Shown: positions 29,220-44,791 of the stretch, piece by piece | Layout of the letters: every line of letters begins with the position of its first letter | How positions within the stretch are numbered: the stretch's first letter is position 1 | From: Escherichia coli | GTDB taxonomy: Bacteria > Pseudomonadota > Gammaproteobacteria > Enterobacterales > Enterobacteriaceae | Length of the DNA stretch: 64,000 nt | Assembly (NCBI RefSeq): GCF_003334405.1 | Contig: NZ_QOWM01000006.1 | Reading direction: 5' to 3' (one strand) | Translations under genes and position numbers: made by a program | The notes under the pieces: generated by a model | What the model was told of the DNA's origin: nothing | The model's input: only the letters and a program-made list of their open reading frames with translations | Databases searched by the model: none

Positions 29220-30178
29220 TCGCTAATCCATGCCTGACGTTGTGCCGCCACTTCGGCTGGCGTGAACTCCAACGTGGTTGCGGGTTTGGTCAATTTTTCA
29301 AAACCGGCAGGCAGCGTGACGTTTGCCACCGGATACATCCAGTTGCCGGTTGGGATCGCATTCTGGAAAGCCGGAGAAACCATAAACTGGAGGAATTTTT
29401 GCGCCAGCTCCGGCTGCTTGCTGGCAGCGGTGCGGGCGGCGACTTCCACTTGCAGATAGTGACCTTCGCTGAAGTTCGCGGCGGCGTAGTTATCTTTCTT
29501 CTCTTCGAGAATGTGATAAGCCGGAGAGGTGGTGTAACTCAGTACCAGATCGCTTTCACCTTTTAAAAACAGGCCGTAGGCTTCGCTCCAGCCTTTGGTG
29601 ACCGTGACCGTTTTCTTCGCCAGTTTCTGCCAGGCTTGTGGGGCGTCATCGCCATAGACTTTTTGCATCCATAGCAACAGACCCAGCCCCGGTGTACTGG
29701 TGCGCGGATCCTGATAAATCACCCGCCAGTTTTGATCGCTCTCAACCAGTTCTTTCAGGCTTTGTGGCGGGTTTTTCAGTTTGTTCTTGTCATAAACGAA
29801 GGCGAAGTAGCCATAATCAAACGGTACGAAAGTGTCATTATTCCAGCCGCCGGGAACGTTAACGGCATCCGCTGCCACACCGCTTTTGGCAAACAGTCCG
29901 GTTTTACTGGCGGCGTCTAACAGGTTGTTATCCAGCCCCAGCACCACATCGGCTTTACTGTTTTTGCCTTCCATCCGTAGACGGTTGAGAAGCGAAACGC
30001 CATCTTCCAGCGCCACCAGTTTCAGTTCGCAATTACAGTCGGCTTCAAAGGCTTTTTTAACCACCGGACCAGGCCCCCAGTCGGCGGCGAAGGAATCGTA
30101 GGTATAAACAGTCAGAACGGGTTTAGCGAAAACGGGCGCTGTGCACAGCAACAGCAGGGGCAGACATTTTTTTAACAC
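29195..30178 (-). CDS. thiB: thiamine-binding periplasmic protein ThiB (TbpA)
   Basis: 327-aa product from GTG (VLKKCLPLLLLCTAPVFA signal peptide) inside the 331-aa track ORF. Confidence 0.9.
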   Translation of the reverse strand: MLKKCLPLLLLCTAPVFAKPVLTVYTYDSFAADWGPGPVVKKAFEADCNCELKLVALEDGVSLLNRLRMEGKNSKADVVLGLDNNLLDAASKTGLFAKSGVAADAVNVPGGWNNDTFVPFDYGYFAFVYDKNKLKNPPQSLKELVESDQNWRVIYQDPRTSTPGLGLLLWMQKVYGDDAPQAWQKLAKKTVTVTKGWSEAYGLFLKGESDLVLSYTTSPAYHILEEKKDNYAAANFSEGHYLQVEVAARTAASKQPELAQKFLQFMVSPAFQNAIPTGNWMYPVANVTLPAGFEKLTKPATTLEFTPAEVAAQRQAWISEWQRAVSR

Positions 30179-30213
30179 TTTGCACCTCAAAAAAGAGTGG
30201 CAAAGGACTTGAG

Positions 30214-30306
30214 AAGGAGCCTCAAATCCCTTCGCCGGCGTTATCCGGATCAGGTTCGACGGGTATTTTCTCAGCGCACGCGTACGCGTGGCACCCCGTT
30301 GAGAAC
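30214..30306 (-). promoter_or_regulatory. sroA: TPP (THI-box) riboswitch in thiBPQ leader (sroA)
   Basis: Minus strand contains CUGAGA...ACCCGUCGAACCUGAUCCGGAUAACGCCGGCGAAGGGA, the conserved TPP aptamer core; boundaries approximate. Confidence 0.8.
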
Positions 30307-30341
30307 GGCGTTAGTGTAGTGATTTTGTTATCAACCAGCAA

Positions 30342-31997
30342 TCATGGATCCGGTGGCGCAAACCACGCTGATTTAAAATCGAACCAGCCGAGGGTATTCA
30401 TGCGCAGGCCGCGCATACTGCGTTGCCCCTGAATGATCAGCCAGTGGTGCAATAATGGCACCATCGCTTTGCTGGCGACCAGTTGCTGGCACCAGTTCGC
30501 CAGATTCATCTCGCCATTGCGCCAGCGAGCAGCGTCGGCTTGCCAGTCAATGGGAATGCAATGTTGTAGCAGTGGCACTTCGCATAAATGTGCGAAAACA
30601 GAGAAGTCCAGCGGCAGGGTAAAGTTGGCGCTGTTTAGCCAGATATCACTTTCGATCTCTCCTGTATGCCACTGATCGTAGTCGATCTCTTTGATTTTCA
30701 GCGTGACCTGGTGACTTGCCAGAATCTGCTGCATGATCCCGGCAATCACCCGATGCTCACTGTGATCCTGATAAAAGGTTAGGGTGAGGCTTTCCAGGCC
30801 AGCCGGTTTTTCGCTCTTTATGGTGCGGGCATGGTGCCAACGGGGGAGCAGTCCATAAGCCGGGAACCACAGTTGCTGGTACTGTTCCTCAGCGAAATAG
30901 ACCAGATTAGTTGGAGAAAGCACATAGCTTACCCAGTCCCTGACTTGCTGATTCGCCCCGCGATGGGTGCGGCTGTCGAACAGTAAATAGTAGCAACCTT
31001 CCTCCAGGCGGCTTTCAATCTCTTTTTCCTCGCCCTGTGGACCTTTTAGCATCAGCCCTCCGGCTGGCTCGTCGGCAATTTCCGGCAGAACCCAGACGTT
31101 AACTTCGTCGATTAATGCCCGGTAACCGAAGAAGTCATCGAATGCCTGAATTTTCAGTTGATTGGTGCTGTTGCGAATCACCGCATACGGACCGGTGCCG
31201 ATGGGATGGCTGGCAAAGTTACTGAGGGTTTCCCATTCGCGCGGCAGGATCATCGCCGGAACTTGCCCCAGCAGTAACGGTAACCAGCGGTCCGGTTGCG
31301 TGAGATGGATATCCAGCGTCCAGGGCGTCGGCGACACAATGTCAGCAATATGCGAATAGAGCGGCAGCGTATTGATTCGTTTTAAAGAGGCGATCACATC
31401 GTCCATTTCCAGTTCACGACCATGGTGAAAATGGACTCCTGGACGCAAAAAGAAACGCCAGTGAAGCGGTGAAATTTGCTGCCAGTGGTGGGCGATGTCT
31501 GCTTCCAGTTCCCCATTTTCCTCATTTATGCGCGTTAGCGAACTGAAGATTTGCCGGGCGATATGGGTTTCGGAACGGCGCAATGCGCTGCCAGGTAGCA
31601 GATTACGCAACGGACGATAGTAGAGCACGCGCAGGATGTGCCGCCCCTGGCGGAAGCTGCGGCCCAGATGAGAAACCAGCATTTGCCGCACAGTCGCTTT
31701 GTCGCCAACCAACTGCACCAGTTGATCGATACGATCCTGCTCTAGCAGGTCTTCCGCCCGCTGTTGCTGAAGCGCCAGCCCGGTATAGAGGAATGTCAGA
31801 CGCGAGCGTTTACCGCGCCCGACTTCCGCTTCCCACGTCAGCCAGCCGCGATCCTGCATGGTGTTGAGCAGGGTGCGCATATGACGACGCGAGCAGCTCA
31901 ATAACGCTGCCAGTTCGTTGAGCGTTGTGTCCTGCGATTTACCCTCGCAGCATTGCCACAGGCGGATGAACTGTTGTTGCAGACGAGCAGATGGCAT
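30342..31997 (-). CDS. sgrR: sugar-phosphate stress transcriptional regulator SgrR
   Basis: 551-aa product [45 protein letters not shown]... with N-terminal HTH and solute-binding-like domain. Confidence 0.92.
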   Translation of the reverse strand: MPSARLQQQFIRLWQCCEGKSQDTTLNELAALLSCSRRHMRTLLNTMQDRGWLTWEAEVGRGKRSRLTFLYTGLALQQQRAEDLLEQDRIDQLVQLVGDKATVRQMLVSHLGRSFRQGRHILRVLYYRPLRNLLPGSALRRSETHIARQIFSSLTRINEENGELEADIAHHWQQISPLHWRFFLRPGVHFHHGRELEMDDVIASLKRINTLPLYSHIADIVSPTPWTLDIHLTQPDRWLPLLLGQVPAMILPREWETLSNFASHPIGTGPYAVIRNSTNQLKIQAFDDFFGYRALIDEVNVWVLPEIADEPAGGLMLKGPQGEEKEIESRLEEGCYYLLFDSRTHRGANQQVRDWVSYVLSPTNLVYFAEEQYQQLWFPAYGLLPRWHHARTIKSEKPAGLESLTLTFYQDHSEHRVIAGIMQQILASHQVTLKIKEIDYDQWHTGEIESDIWLNSANFTLPLDFSVFAHLCEVPLLQHCIPIDWQADAARWRNGEMNLANWCQQLVASKAMVPLLHHWLIIQGQRSMRGLRMNTLGWFDFKSAWFAPPDP

Positions 31998-32052
31998 AAA
32001 AGGGGAACTCCTGTGCAAAAGACAGCAATTTTATTTTCCCTATATTAAGTCA

Positions 32053-32291
32053 ATAATTCCTAACGATGAAGCAAGGGGGTGCCCCATGCGTCAGTTTTAT
32101 CAGCACTATTTTACCGCGACAGCGAAGTTGTGCTGGTTGCGTTGGTTAAGCGTCCCACAACGATTAACCATGCTTGAAGGACTGATGCAGTGGGATGACC
32201 GCAATTCTGAAAGTTGACTTGCCTGCATCATGTGTGACTGAGTATTGGTGTAAAATCACCCGCCAGCAGATTATACCTGCTGGTTTTTTTT
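32053..32291 (+). ncRNA. sgrS: SgrS dual-function small RNA (glucose-phosphate stress)
   Basis: Divergent from sgrR; contains the sgrT ORF; 3' end is hairpin ccagcagattatacctgctgg plus U8; 5' end approximate. Confidence 0.8.
32086..32217 (+). CDS. sgrT: SgrT 43-aa peptide (inhibitor of PtsG transport activity)
   Basis: MRQFYQHYFTATAKLCWLRWLSVPQRLTMLEGLMQWDDRNSES encoded within the sgrS transcript. Confidence 0.85.
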   Translation: MRQFYQHYFTATAKLCWLRWLSVPQRLTMLEGLMQWDDRNSES

Positions 32292-32318
32292 ATTCTCGCC
32301 GCGCTAAAAAGGGAACGT

Positions 32319-33497
32319 ATGATCTGGATAATGACGATGGCTCGCCGTATGAACGGTGTTTACGCGGCATTTATGCTGGTCGCTTTTATGATGGGGGTGG
32401 CCGGGGCGCTACAGGCTCCTACATTGAGCTTATTTCTGAGTCGTGAGGTTGGCGCGCAACCTTTCTGGATCGGCCTCTTTTATACGGTGAATGCTATTGC
32501 TGGGATCGGCGTAAGCCTCTGGTTGGCAAAACGTTCTGACAGTCAGGGCGATCGGCGAAAACTGATTATATTTTGCTGTTTGATGGCTATCGGCAATGCG
32601 CTATTGTTTGCATTTAATCGTCATTATCTGACGCTTATCACCTGTGGTGTGCTTCTGGCATCTCTGGCCAATACGGCAATGCCACAGTTATTTGCTCTGG
32701 CGCGGGAATATGCGGATAACTCGGCGCGAGAAGTGGTGATGTTTAGCTCGGTGATGCGTGCGCAGCTTTCTCTGGCATGGGTTATCGGTCCACCGTTGGC
32801 CTTTATGCTGGCGTTGAATTACGGCTTTACGGTGATGTTTTCGATTGCCGCCGGGATATTCACACTCAGTCTGGTATTGATTGCATTTATGCTTCCGTCT
32901 GTGGCGCGGGTAGAACTGCCGTCGGAAAATGCTTTATCAATGCAAGGTGGCTGGCAGGATAGTAACGTACGGATGTTATTTGTCGCCTCGACGTTAATGT
33001 GGACCTGCAACACCATGTACATTATTGATATGCCGTTGTGGATCAGTAGCGAGTTAGGATTGCCAGACAAACTGGCGGGTTTCCTGATGGGGACGGCAGC
33101 TGGACTGGAAATACCAGCAATGATTCTGGCTGGCTACTATGTCAAACGTTATGGTAAGCGGCGAATGATGGTCATAGCAGTGGCGGCAGGAGTACTGTTT
33201 TACACCGGATTGATTTTCTTTAATAGCCGTATGGCGTTGATGACGCTGCAACTTTTTAACGCTGTATTTATCGGCATTGTTGCGGGTATTGGGATGCTAT
33301 GGTTTCAGGATTTAATGCCTGGAAGAGCGGGGGCAGCTACCACCTTATTTACTAACAGTATTTCTACCGGGGTAATTCTGGCTGGCGTTATTCAGGGAGC
33401 AATTGCACAAAGTTGGGGGCACTTTGCTGTCTACTGGGTAATTGCGGTTATTTCTGTTGTCGCATTATTTTTAACCGCAAAGGTTAAAGACGTTTGA
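32319..33497 (+). CDS. setA: sugar efflux transporter SetA (MFS)
   Basis: 392-aa 12-TM ORF MIWIMTMARRMNGVYAAFMLVAFMMGVAGALQAPTLSLFL... Confidence 0.92.
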   Translation: MIWIMTMARRMNGVYAAFMLVAFMMGVAGALQAPTLSLFLSREVGAQPFWIGLFYTVNAIAGIGVSLWLAKRSDSQGDRRKLIIFCCLMAIGNALLFAFNRHYLTLITCGVLLASLANTAMPQLFALAREYADNSAREVVMFSSVMRAQLSLAWVIGPPLAFMLALNYGFTVMFSIAAGIFTLSLVLIAFMLPSVARVELPSENALSMQGGWQDSNVRMLFVASTLMWTCNTMYIIDMPLWISSELGLPDKLAGFLMGTAAGLEIPAMILAGYYVKRYGKRRMMVIAVAAGVLFYTGLIFFNSRMALMTLQLFNAVFIGIVAGIGMLWFQDLMPGRAGAATTLFTNSISTGVILAGVIQGAIAQSWGHFAVYWVIAVISVVALFLTAKVKDV

Positions 33498-33545
33498 TGA
33501 CGTGGACGATAGCGGAAAGCCCGGTCATTTGACCGGGCAAGGGGA

Positions 33546-35562
<2,017 letters not shown>

Positions 35563-35564
35563 GA

Positions 35565-38227
<2,663 letters not shown>

Positions 38228-38269
38228 GGTTTGGGTCCTTGTCTCTTTTAGAGCGCCTCGCTTCGGGCA

Positions 38270-38302
38270 TAAAAAAACCCGCGCAATGGCGCGGGTTTTT
38301 TG
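38270..38302 (-). terminator. leu operon attenuator (intrinsic terminator between leuL and leuA)
   Basis: Minus strand cccgcgccattgcgcggg hairpin followed by TTTTTTT. Confidence 0.7.
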
Positions 38303-38319
38303 TTTGACTGCGTGCTGGC

Positions 38320-38406
38320 TTAATGCTGGATGCCGCTCACTCGTCTACCGCGCAAAGAAGATGCGTTTAGTAGTAGTAGACCGATAAAGCGAACGATGTG
38401 AGTCAT
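38320..38406 (-). CDS. leuL: leu operon leader peptide
   Basis: 28-aa [28 protein letters not shown] with four consecutive Leu codons upstream of the attenuator. Confidence 0.9.
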
Positions 38407-38589
38407 TAAATCAGCTCCAGATGAATGCGATATGCTTTTAGAGTTACTGGATACAAAAACGGATGTCAACCCTGACGCAATAAAAACGTCCCGCCAGCGT
38501 GAGTTCTGCATCCGTAAAATTAGCTAATTGTGCTGCGGTGGTTAAAGTAAGCGATATTAATTTCTGCTTAACTACCGACGCTTTTCATC

Positions 38590-39060
38590 GGTTGACATAT
38601 TTCAGCATAAATTTTTGCATCTAATCAACGAGGAAAAAGGGGACAAAATGCACGCGTTGCAAAACCTATCCTGATGATTTGTATTGAATTATATGTTTTG
38701 CGATTTTTTTTGATATTGATTTGGTGAATATTATTGATCAATTAATGTTAAGAATTAATGCATTAAATATATAAATTAATTATTAAATAAGCACATTTAA
38801 TCCATTTTGTAGATGATTGAGTATTCGCGGTAGTTATGATTAGATTGTTTTCGCAACAAAAACATTATGGATTATTATGCTGTGGTAAATGACTCATTCC
38901 ACGGCAATGGATTCTGTTTTTATCAGAACCCGTATCTTTATGTTTTCCGAATTTTACTCATTTTGCTTTTTCTTATTTTATATGCATGATAAATCATATT
39001 CTTCAGGATTATTTCTCTGCATTCCAATAAGGGAAAGGGAGTTAAGTGTGACAGTGGAGT
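38590..39060. promoter_or_regulatory. extremely AT-rich leuL-leuO intergenic block (leuO promoter region; likely H-NS/curved-DNA silencing region)
   Basis: Long runs such as ttaatgttaagaattaatgcattaaatatataaattaattattaaataag; function from established knowledge of the leuO locus. Confidence 0.5.
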
Positions 39061-39065
39061 TAAGT

Positions 39066-40010
39066 ATGCCAGAGGTACAAACAGATCATCCAGAGACGGC
39101 GGAGTTAAGCAAACCACAGCTACGCATGGTCGATCTCAACTTATTAACCGTTTTCGATGCCGTGATGCAGGAGCAAAACATTACTCGTGCCGCTCATGTT
39201 CTGGGAATGTCGCAACCTGCGGTCAGTAACGCTGTTGCACGCCTGAAGGTGATGTTTAATGACGAGCTTTTTGTTCGTTATGGCCGTGGTATTCAACCGA
39301 CTGCTCGCGCATTTCAACTTTTTGGTTCAGTTCGTCAGGCATTGCAACTAGTACAAAATGAATTGCCTGGTTCAGGTTTTGAACCCGCGAGCAGTGAACG
39401 TGTATTTCATCTTTGTGTTTGCAGCCCGTTAGACAGCATTCTGACCTCGCAGATTTATAATCACATTGAGCAGATTGCGCCAAATATACATGTTATGTTC
39501 AAGTCTTCATTAAATCAGAACACTGAACATCAGCTGCGTTATCAGGAAACGGAGTTTGTGATTAGTTATGAAGACTTCCATCGTCCTGAATTTACCAGCG
39601 TACCATTATTTAAAGATGAAATGGTGCTGGTAGCCAGCAAAAATCATCCAACAATTAAGGGCCCGTTACTGAAACATGATGTTTATAACGAACAACATGC
39701 GGCGGTTTCGCTCGATCGTTTCGCGTCATTTAGTCAACCTTGGTATGACACGGTAGATAAGCAAGCCAGTATCGCGTATCAGGGCATGGCAATGATGAGC
39801 GTACTTAGCGTGGTGTCGCAAACGCATTTGGTCGCTATTGCGCCGCGTTGGCTGGCTGAAGAGTTCGCTGAATCCTTAGAATTACAGGTATTACCGCTGC
39901 CGTTAAAACAAAACAGCAGAACCTGTTATCTCTCCTGGCATGAAGCTGCCGGGCGCGATAAAGGCCATCAGTGGATGGAAGAGCAATTAGTCTCAATTTG
40001 CAAACGCTAA
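39066..40010 (+). CDS. leuO: LysR-family transcriptional regulator LeuO
   Basis: 314-aa product [61 protein letters not shown]... with LysR HTH; track ORF trimmed. Confidence 0.92.
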   Translation: MPEVQTDHPETAELSKPQLRMVDLNLLTVFDAVMQEQNITRAAHVLGMSQPAVSNAVARLKVMFNDELFVRYGRGIQPTARAFQLFGSVRQALQLVQNELPGSGFEPASSERVFHLCVCSPLDSILTSQIYNHIEQIAPNIHVMFKSSLNQNTEHQLRYQETEFVISYEDFHRPEFTSVPLFKDEMVLVASKNHPTIKGPLLKHDVYNEQHAAVSLDRFASFSQPWYDTVDKQASIAYQGMAMMSVLSVVSQTHLVAIAPRWLAEEFAESLELQVLPLPLKQNSRTCYLSWHEAAGRDKGHQWMEEQLVSICKR

Positions 40011-40327
40011 CTGATTGCAGAATAGGTCAGACATGAATGTCTGGTTTATTCTGCATTTTTTATTGAATGTAGAATTTTATTCTGAATGTGTGGGCTCTCT
40101 ATTTTAGGATTAATTAAAAAAATAGAGAAATTGCTGTAAGTTGTGGGATTCAGCCGATTTATTATCAATTTAATCCTCTGTAATGGAGGATTTTATCGTT
40201 TCTTTTCACCTTTCCTCCTGTTTATTCTTATTACCCCGTGTTTATGTCTCTGGCTGCCAATTGCTTAAGCAAGATCGGACGGTTAATGTGTTTTACACAT
40301 TTTTTCCGTCAAACAGTGAGGCAGGCC

Positions 40328-42052
40328 ATGGAGATGTTGTCTGGAGCCGAGATGGTCGTCCGATCGCTTATCGATCAGGGCGTTAAACAAGTATTCGGTT
40401 ATCCCGGAGGCGCAGTCCTTGATATTTATGATGCATTGCATACCGTGGGTGGTATTGATCATGTATTAGTTCGTCATGAGCAGGCGGCGGTGCATATGGC
40501 CGATGGCCTGGCGCGCGCGACCGGGGAAGTCGGCGTCGTGCTGGTAACGTCGGGTCCAGGGGCGACCAATGCGATTACTGGCATCGCCACCGCTTATATG
40601 GATTCCATTCCATTAGTTGTCCTTTCCGGGCAGGTAGCGACCTCGTTGATAGGTTACGATGCCTTTCAGGAGTGCGACATGGTGGGGATTTCGCGACCGG
40701 TGGTTAAACACAGTTTTCTGGTTAAGCAAACGGAAGACATTCCGCAGGTGCTGAAAAAGGCTTTCTGGCTGGCGGCAAGTGGTCGCCCAGGACCAGTAGT
40801 CGTTGATTTACCGAAAGATATTCTTAATCCGGCGAACAAATTACCCTATGTCTGGCCGGAGTCGGTCAGTATGCGTTCTTACAATCCCACTACTACCGGA
40901 CATAAAGGGCAAATTAAGCGTGCTCTGCAAACGCTGGTAGCGGCAAAAAAACCGGTTGTCTACGTAGGCGGTGGGGCAATCACGGCGGGCTGCCATCAGC
41001 AGTTGAAAGAAACGGTGGAGGCGTTGAATCTGCCCGTTGTTTGCTCATTGATGGGGCTGGGGGCGTTTCCGGCAACGCATCGTCAGGCACTGGGCATGCT
41101 GGGAATGCACGGTACCTACGAAGCCAATATGACGATGCATAACGCGGATGTGATTTTCGCCGTCGGGGTACGATTTGATGACCGAACGACGAACAATCTG
41201 GCAAAGTACTGCCCAAATGCCACTGTTCTGCATATCGATATTGATCCTACTTCCATTTCTAAAACCGTGACTGCGGATATCCCGATTGTGGGGGATGCTC
41301 GCCAGGTCCTCGAACAAATGCTTGAACTCTTGTCGCAAGAATCCGCCCATCAACCACTGGATGAGATCCGCGACTGGTGGCAGCAAATTGAACAGTGGCG
41401 CGCTCGTCAGTGCCTGAAATATGACACTCACAGTGAAAAGATTAAACCGCAGGCGGTGATCGAGACTCTTTGGCGGTTGACGAAGGGAGACGCTTACGTG
41501 ACGTCCGATGTCGGGCAGCACCAGATGTTTGCTGCACTTTATTATCCATTCGACAAACCGCGTCGCTGGATCAATTCCGGTGGCCTCGGCACGATGGGTT
41601 TTGGTTTACCTGCGGCACTGGGCGTCAAAATGGCGTTGCCAGAAGAAACCGTGGTTTGCGTCACTGGCGACGGCAGTATTCAGATGAACATCCAGGAACT
41701 GTCTACCGCGTTGCAATACGAGTTGCCCGTACTGGTGGTGAATCTCAATAACCGCTATCTGGGGATGGTGAAGCAGTGGCAGGACATGATCTATTCCGGC
41801 CGTCATTCACAATCTTATATGCAATCGCTACCCGATTTCGTCCGTCTGGCGGAAGCCTATGGGCATGTCGGGATCCAGATTTCTCATCCGCATGAGCTGG
41901 AAAGCAAACTTAGCGAGGCGCTGGAACAGGTGCGCAATAATCGCCTGGTGTTTGTTGATGTTACCGTCGATGGCAGCGAGCACGTCTACCCGATGCAGAT
42001 TCGCGGGGGCGGAATGGATGAAATGTGGTTAAGCAAAACGGAGAGAACCTGA
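40328..42052 (+). CDS. ilvI: acetolactate synthase III large subunit
   Basis: 574-aa TPP-enzyme [40 protein letters not shown]...; start trimmed. Confidence 0.95.
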   Translation: MEMLSGAEMVVRSLIDQGVKQVFGYPGGAVLDIYDALHTVGGIDHVLVRHEQAAVHMADGLARATGEVGVVLVTSGPGATNAITGIATAYMDSIPLVVLSGQVATSLIGYDAFQECDMVGISRPVVKHSFLVKQTEDIPQVLKKAFWLAASGRPGPVVVDLPKDILNPANKLPYVWPESVSMRSYNPTTTGHKGQIKRALQTLVAAKKPVVYVGGGAITAGCHQQLKETVEALNLPVVCSLMGLGAFPATHRQALGMLGMHGTYEANMTMHNADVIFAVGVRFDDRTTNNLAKYCPNATVLHIDIDPTSISKTVTADIPIVGDARQVLEQMLELLSQESAHQPLDEIRDWWQQIEQWRARQCLKYDTHSEKIKPQAVIETLWRLTKGDAYVTSDVGQHQMFAALYYPFDKPRRWINSGGLGTMGFGLPAALGVKMALPEETVVCVTGDGSIQMNIQELSTALQYELPVLVVNLNNRYLGMVKQWQDMIYSGRHSQSYMQSLPDFVRLAEAYGHVGIQISHPHELESKLSEALEQVRNNRLVFVDVTVDGSEHVYPMQIRGGGMDEMWLSKTERT

Positions 42053-42054
42053 TT

Positions 42055-42546
42055 ATGCGCCGGATATTATCAGTCTTACTCGAAAATGAATCAGGCGCGT
42101 TATCCCGCGTGATTGGCCTTTTTTCCCAGCGTGGCTACAACATTGAAAGCCTGACCGTTGCGCCAACCGACGATCCGACATTATCGCGTATGACCATCCA
42201 GACCGTGGGCGATGAAAAAGTACTTGAGCAGATCGAAAAGCAATTACACAAACTGGTCGATGTCTTGCGCGTGAGTGAGTTGGGGCAGGGCGCGCATGTT
42301 GAGCGGGAAATCATGCTGGTGAAAATTCAGGCCAGCGGTTACGGGCGTGACGAAGTGAAACGTAATACGGAAATATTCCGTGGGCAAATTATCGATGTCA
42401 CACCCTCGCTTTATACCGTTCAATTAGCAGGCACCAGCGGTAAGCTTGATGCATTTTTAGCATCGATTCGCGATGTGGCGAAAATTGTGGAGGTTGCTCG
42501 CTCTGGTGTGGTCGGACTTTCGCGCGGCGATAAAATAATGCGTTGA
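42055..42546 (+). CDS. ilvH: acetolactate synthase III small (regulatory) subunit
   Basis: 163-aa ACT-domain [43 protein letters not shown]... Confidence 0.95.
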
Positions 42547-42571
42547 GAATGATCTCAATGCGCAATTTACA

Positions 42572-42600
42572 GCCCAACATGTCACGTTGGGCTTTTTTTG
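42572..42600 (+). terminator. ilvIH intrinsic terminator
   Basis: cccaacatgtcacgttggg hairpin followed by CTTTTTTT. Confidence 0.65.
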
Positions 42601-42725
42601 CGAAATCAGTGGGAACCTGGAATAAAAGCAGTTGCCGCAGTTAATTTTCTGCGCTTAGATGTTAATGAATTTAACCCATACCAGTACAATGGCTATGGTT
42701 TTTACATTTTACGCAAGGGGCAATT

Positions 42726-43730
42726 GTGAAACTGGATGAAATCGCTCGGCTGGCGGGAGTGTCGCGGACCACTGCAAGCTATGTTATTAACGGCAAAGCG
42801 AAGCAATACCGTGTGAGCGACAAAACCGTTGAAAAAGTCATGGCTGTGGTGCGTGAGCACAATTACCACCCGAACGCCGTGGCAGCTGGGCTTCGTGCTG
42901 GACGCACACGTTCTATTGGTCTTGTGATCCCCGATCTGGAGAACACCAGCTATACCCGCATCGCTAACTATCTTGAACGCCAGGCGCGGCAACGGGGTTA
43001 TCAACTGCTGATTGCCTGCTCAGAAGATCAGCCAGACAACGAAATGCGGTGCATTGAGCACCTTTTACAGCGTCAGGTTGATGCCATTATTGTTTCGACG
43101 TCGTTGCCTCCTGAGCATCCTTTTTATCAACGCTGGGCTAACGACCCGTTCCCGATTGTCGCGCTGGACCGCGCCCTCGATCGTGAACACTTCACCAGCG
43201 TGGTTGGTGCCGATCAGGATGATGCCGAAATGCTGGCGGAAGAGTTACGTAAGTTTCCCGCCGAGACGGTGCTTTATCTTGGTGCGCTACCGGAGCTTTC
43301 TGTCAGCTTCCTGCGTGAACAAGGTTTCCGTACTGCCTGGAAAGATGATCCGCGCGAAGTGCATTTCCTGTATGCCAACAGCTATGAGCGGGAGGCGGCT
43401 GCCCAGTTATTCGAAAAATGGCTGGAAACGCATCCGATGCCGCAGGCGCTGTTCACAACGTCGTTTGCGTTGTTGCAAGGAGTGATGGATGTCACGCTGC
43501 GTCGCGACGGCAAACTGCCTTCTGACCTGGCAATTGCCACCTTTGGCGATAACGAACTGCTCGACTTCTTACAGTGTCCGGTGCTGGCAGTGGCTCAACG
43601 TCACCGCGATGTCGCAGAGCGTGTGCTGGAGATTGTCCTGGCAAGCCTGGACGAACCGCGTAAGCCAAAACCTGGTTTAACGCGCATTAAACGTAATCTC
43701 TATCGCCGCGGCGTGCTCAGCCGTAGCTAA
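42726..43730 (+). CDS. cra: catabolite repressor/activator Cra (FruR), LacI family
   Basis: 334-aa ORF (GTG start) [25 protein letters not shown]... LacI-type HTH. Confidence 0.92.
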   Translation: MKLDEIARLAGVSRTTASYVINGKAKQYRVSDKTVEKVMAVVREHNYHPNAVAAGLRAGRTRSIGLVIPDLENTSYTRIANYLERQARQRGYQLLIACSEDQPDNEMRCIEHLLQRQVDAIIVSTSLPPEHPFYQRWANDPFPIVALDRALDREHFTSVVGADQDDAEMLAEELRKFPAETVLYLGALPELSVSFLREQGFRTAWKDDPREVHFLYANSYEREAAAQLFEKWLETHPMPQALFTTSFALLQGVMDVTLRRDGKLPSDLAIATFGDNELLDFLQCPVLAVAQRHRDVAERVLEIVLASLDEPRKPKPGLTRIKRNLYRRGVLSRS

Positions 43731-44250
43731 GCCGCGAACAAAAATACGCGCCAGGTGAATTTCCCTCTGGCGCGTAGAGTACGGGACTGGACATCAATAT
43801 GCTTAAAGTAAATAAGACTATTCCTGACTATTATTGATAAATGCTTTTAAACCCGCCCGTTAATTAACTCACCAGCTGAAATTCACAATAATTAAGTGAT
43901 ATCGACAGCGCGTTTTTGCATTATTTTGTTACATGCGGCGATGAATTGCCGATTTAACAAACACTTTTCTTTGCTTTTGCGCAAACCCGCTGGCATCAAG
44001 CGCCACACAGACGTAACAAGGACTGTTAACCGGGGAAGATATGTCCTAAAATGCCGCTCGCGTCGCAAACTGACACTTTATATTTGCTGTGGAAAATAGT
44101 GAGTCATTTTAAAACGGTGATGACGATGAGGGATTTTTTCTTACAGCTATTCATAACGTTAATTTGCTTCGCACGTTGGACGTAAAATAAACAACGCTGA
44201 TATTAGCCGTAAACATCGGGTTTTTTACCTCGGTATGCCTTGTGACTGGC

Positions 44251-44280
44251 TTGACAAGCTTTTCCTCAGCTCCGTAAACT
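44251..44280 (+). promoter_or_regulatory. Pmra promoter of the dcw cluster (TTGACA-N18-TAAACT)
   Basis: Consensus -35 TTGACA at 44251-44256 and TAAACT -10 at 44275-44280, about 50 bp upstream of mraZ. Confidence 0.65.
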
Positions 44281-44288
44281 CCTTTCAG

Positions 44289-44313
44289 TGGGAAATTGTG
44301 GGGCAAAGTGGGA
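44289..44313 (+). promoter_or_regulatory. MraZ operator: three TGGGN direct repeats at 10-bp spacing
   Basis: tgggaaattgtggggcaaagtggga directly visible in mraZ 5' leader. Confidence 0.7.
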
Positions 44314-44331
44314 ATAAGGGGTGAGGCTGGC

Positions 44332-44790
44332 ATGTTCCGGGGAGCAACGTTAGTCAATCTCGACAGCAAAGGGCGCTTATCAGTGCCTACCCGTTATCGG
44401 GAACAGCTGCTTGAGAACGCTGCCGGTCAAATGGTTTGCACCATTGACATTTATCACCCGTGCCTGCTGCTTTACCCCCTGCCTGAATGGGAAATTATCG
44501 AGCAAAAATTATCGCGTCTGTCGAGCATGAACCCGGTTGAGCGCCGTGTGCAGCGCCTACTGTTAGGTCATGCCAGCGAATGTCAGATGGATGGCGCAGG
44601 TCGATTGTTAATCGCGCCAGTACTGCGGCAACATGCCGGGCTGACAAAAGAAGTGATGCTGGTTGGACAGTTCAACAAGTTTGAGCTGTGGGATGAAACA
44701 ACCTGGCATCAACAGGTCAAGGAAGATATCGACGCAGAGCAGTTGGCTACCGGAGACTTATCGGAGCGACTGCAGGACTTGTCTCTATAA
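44332..44790 (+). CDS. mraZ: transcriptional regulator MraZ
   Basis: 152-aa product [28 protein letters not shown]... Confidence 0.93.
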
Positions 44791-44791
44791 A

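Noticed and set aside
40183-40386. 67-aa ORF overlapping the ilvI start in another frame (possible leader peptide?)
   Set aside because: ilvIH is known to be regulated by Lrp rather than attenuation, the ORF has no run of regulatory codons and no following terminator; considered spurious.
43896-44099. 67-aa GTG-initiated ORF in the cra-mraZ intergenic region
   Set aside because: No Shine-Dalgarno upstream, Cys/Arg-rich low-complexity product, and it lies in the AT-rich Pmra upstream promoter region; most likely spurious.
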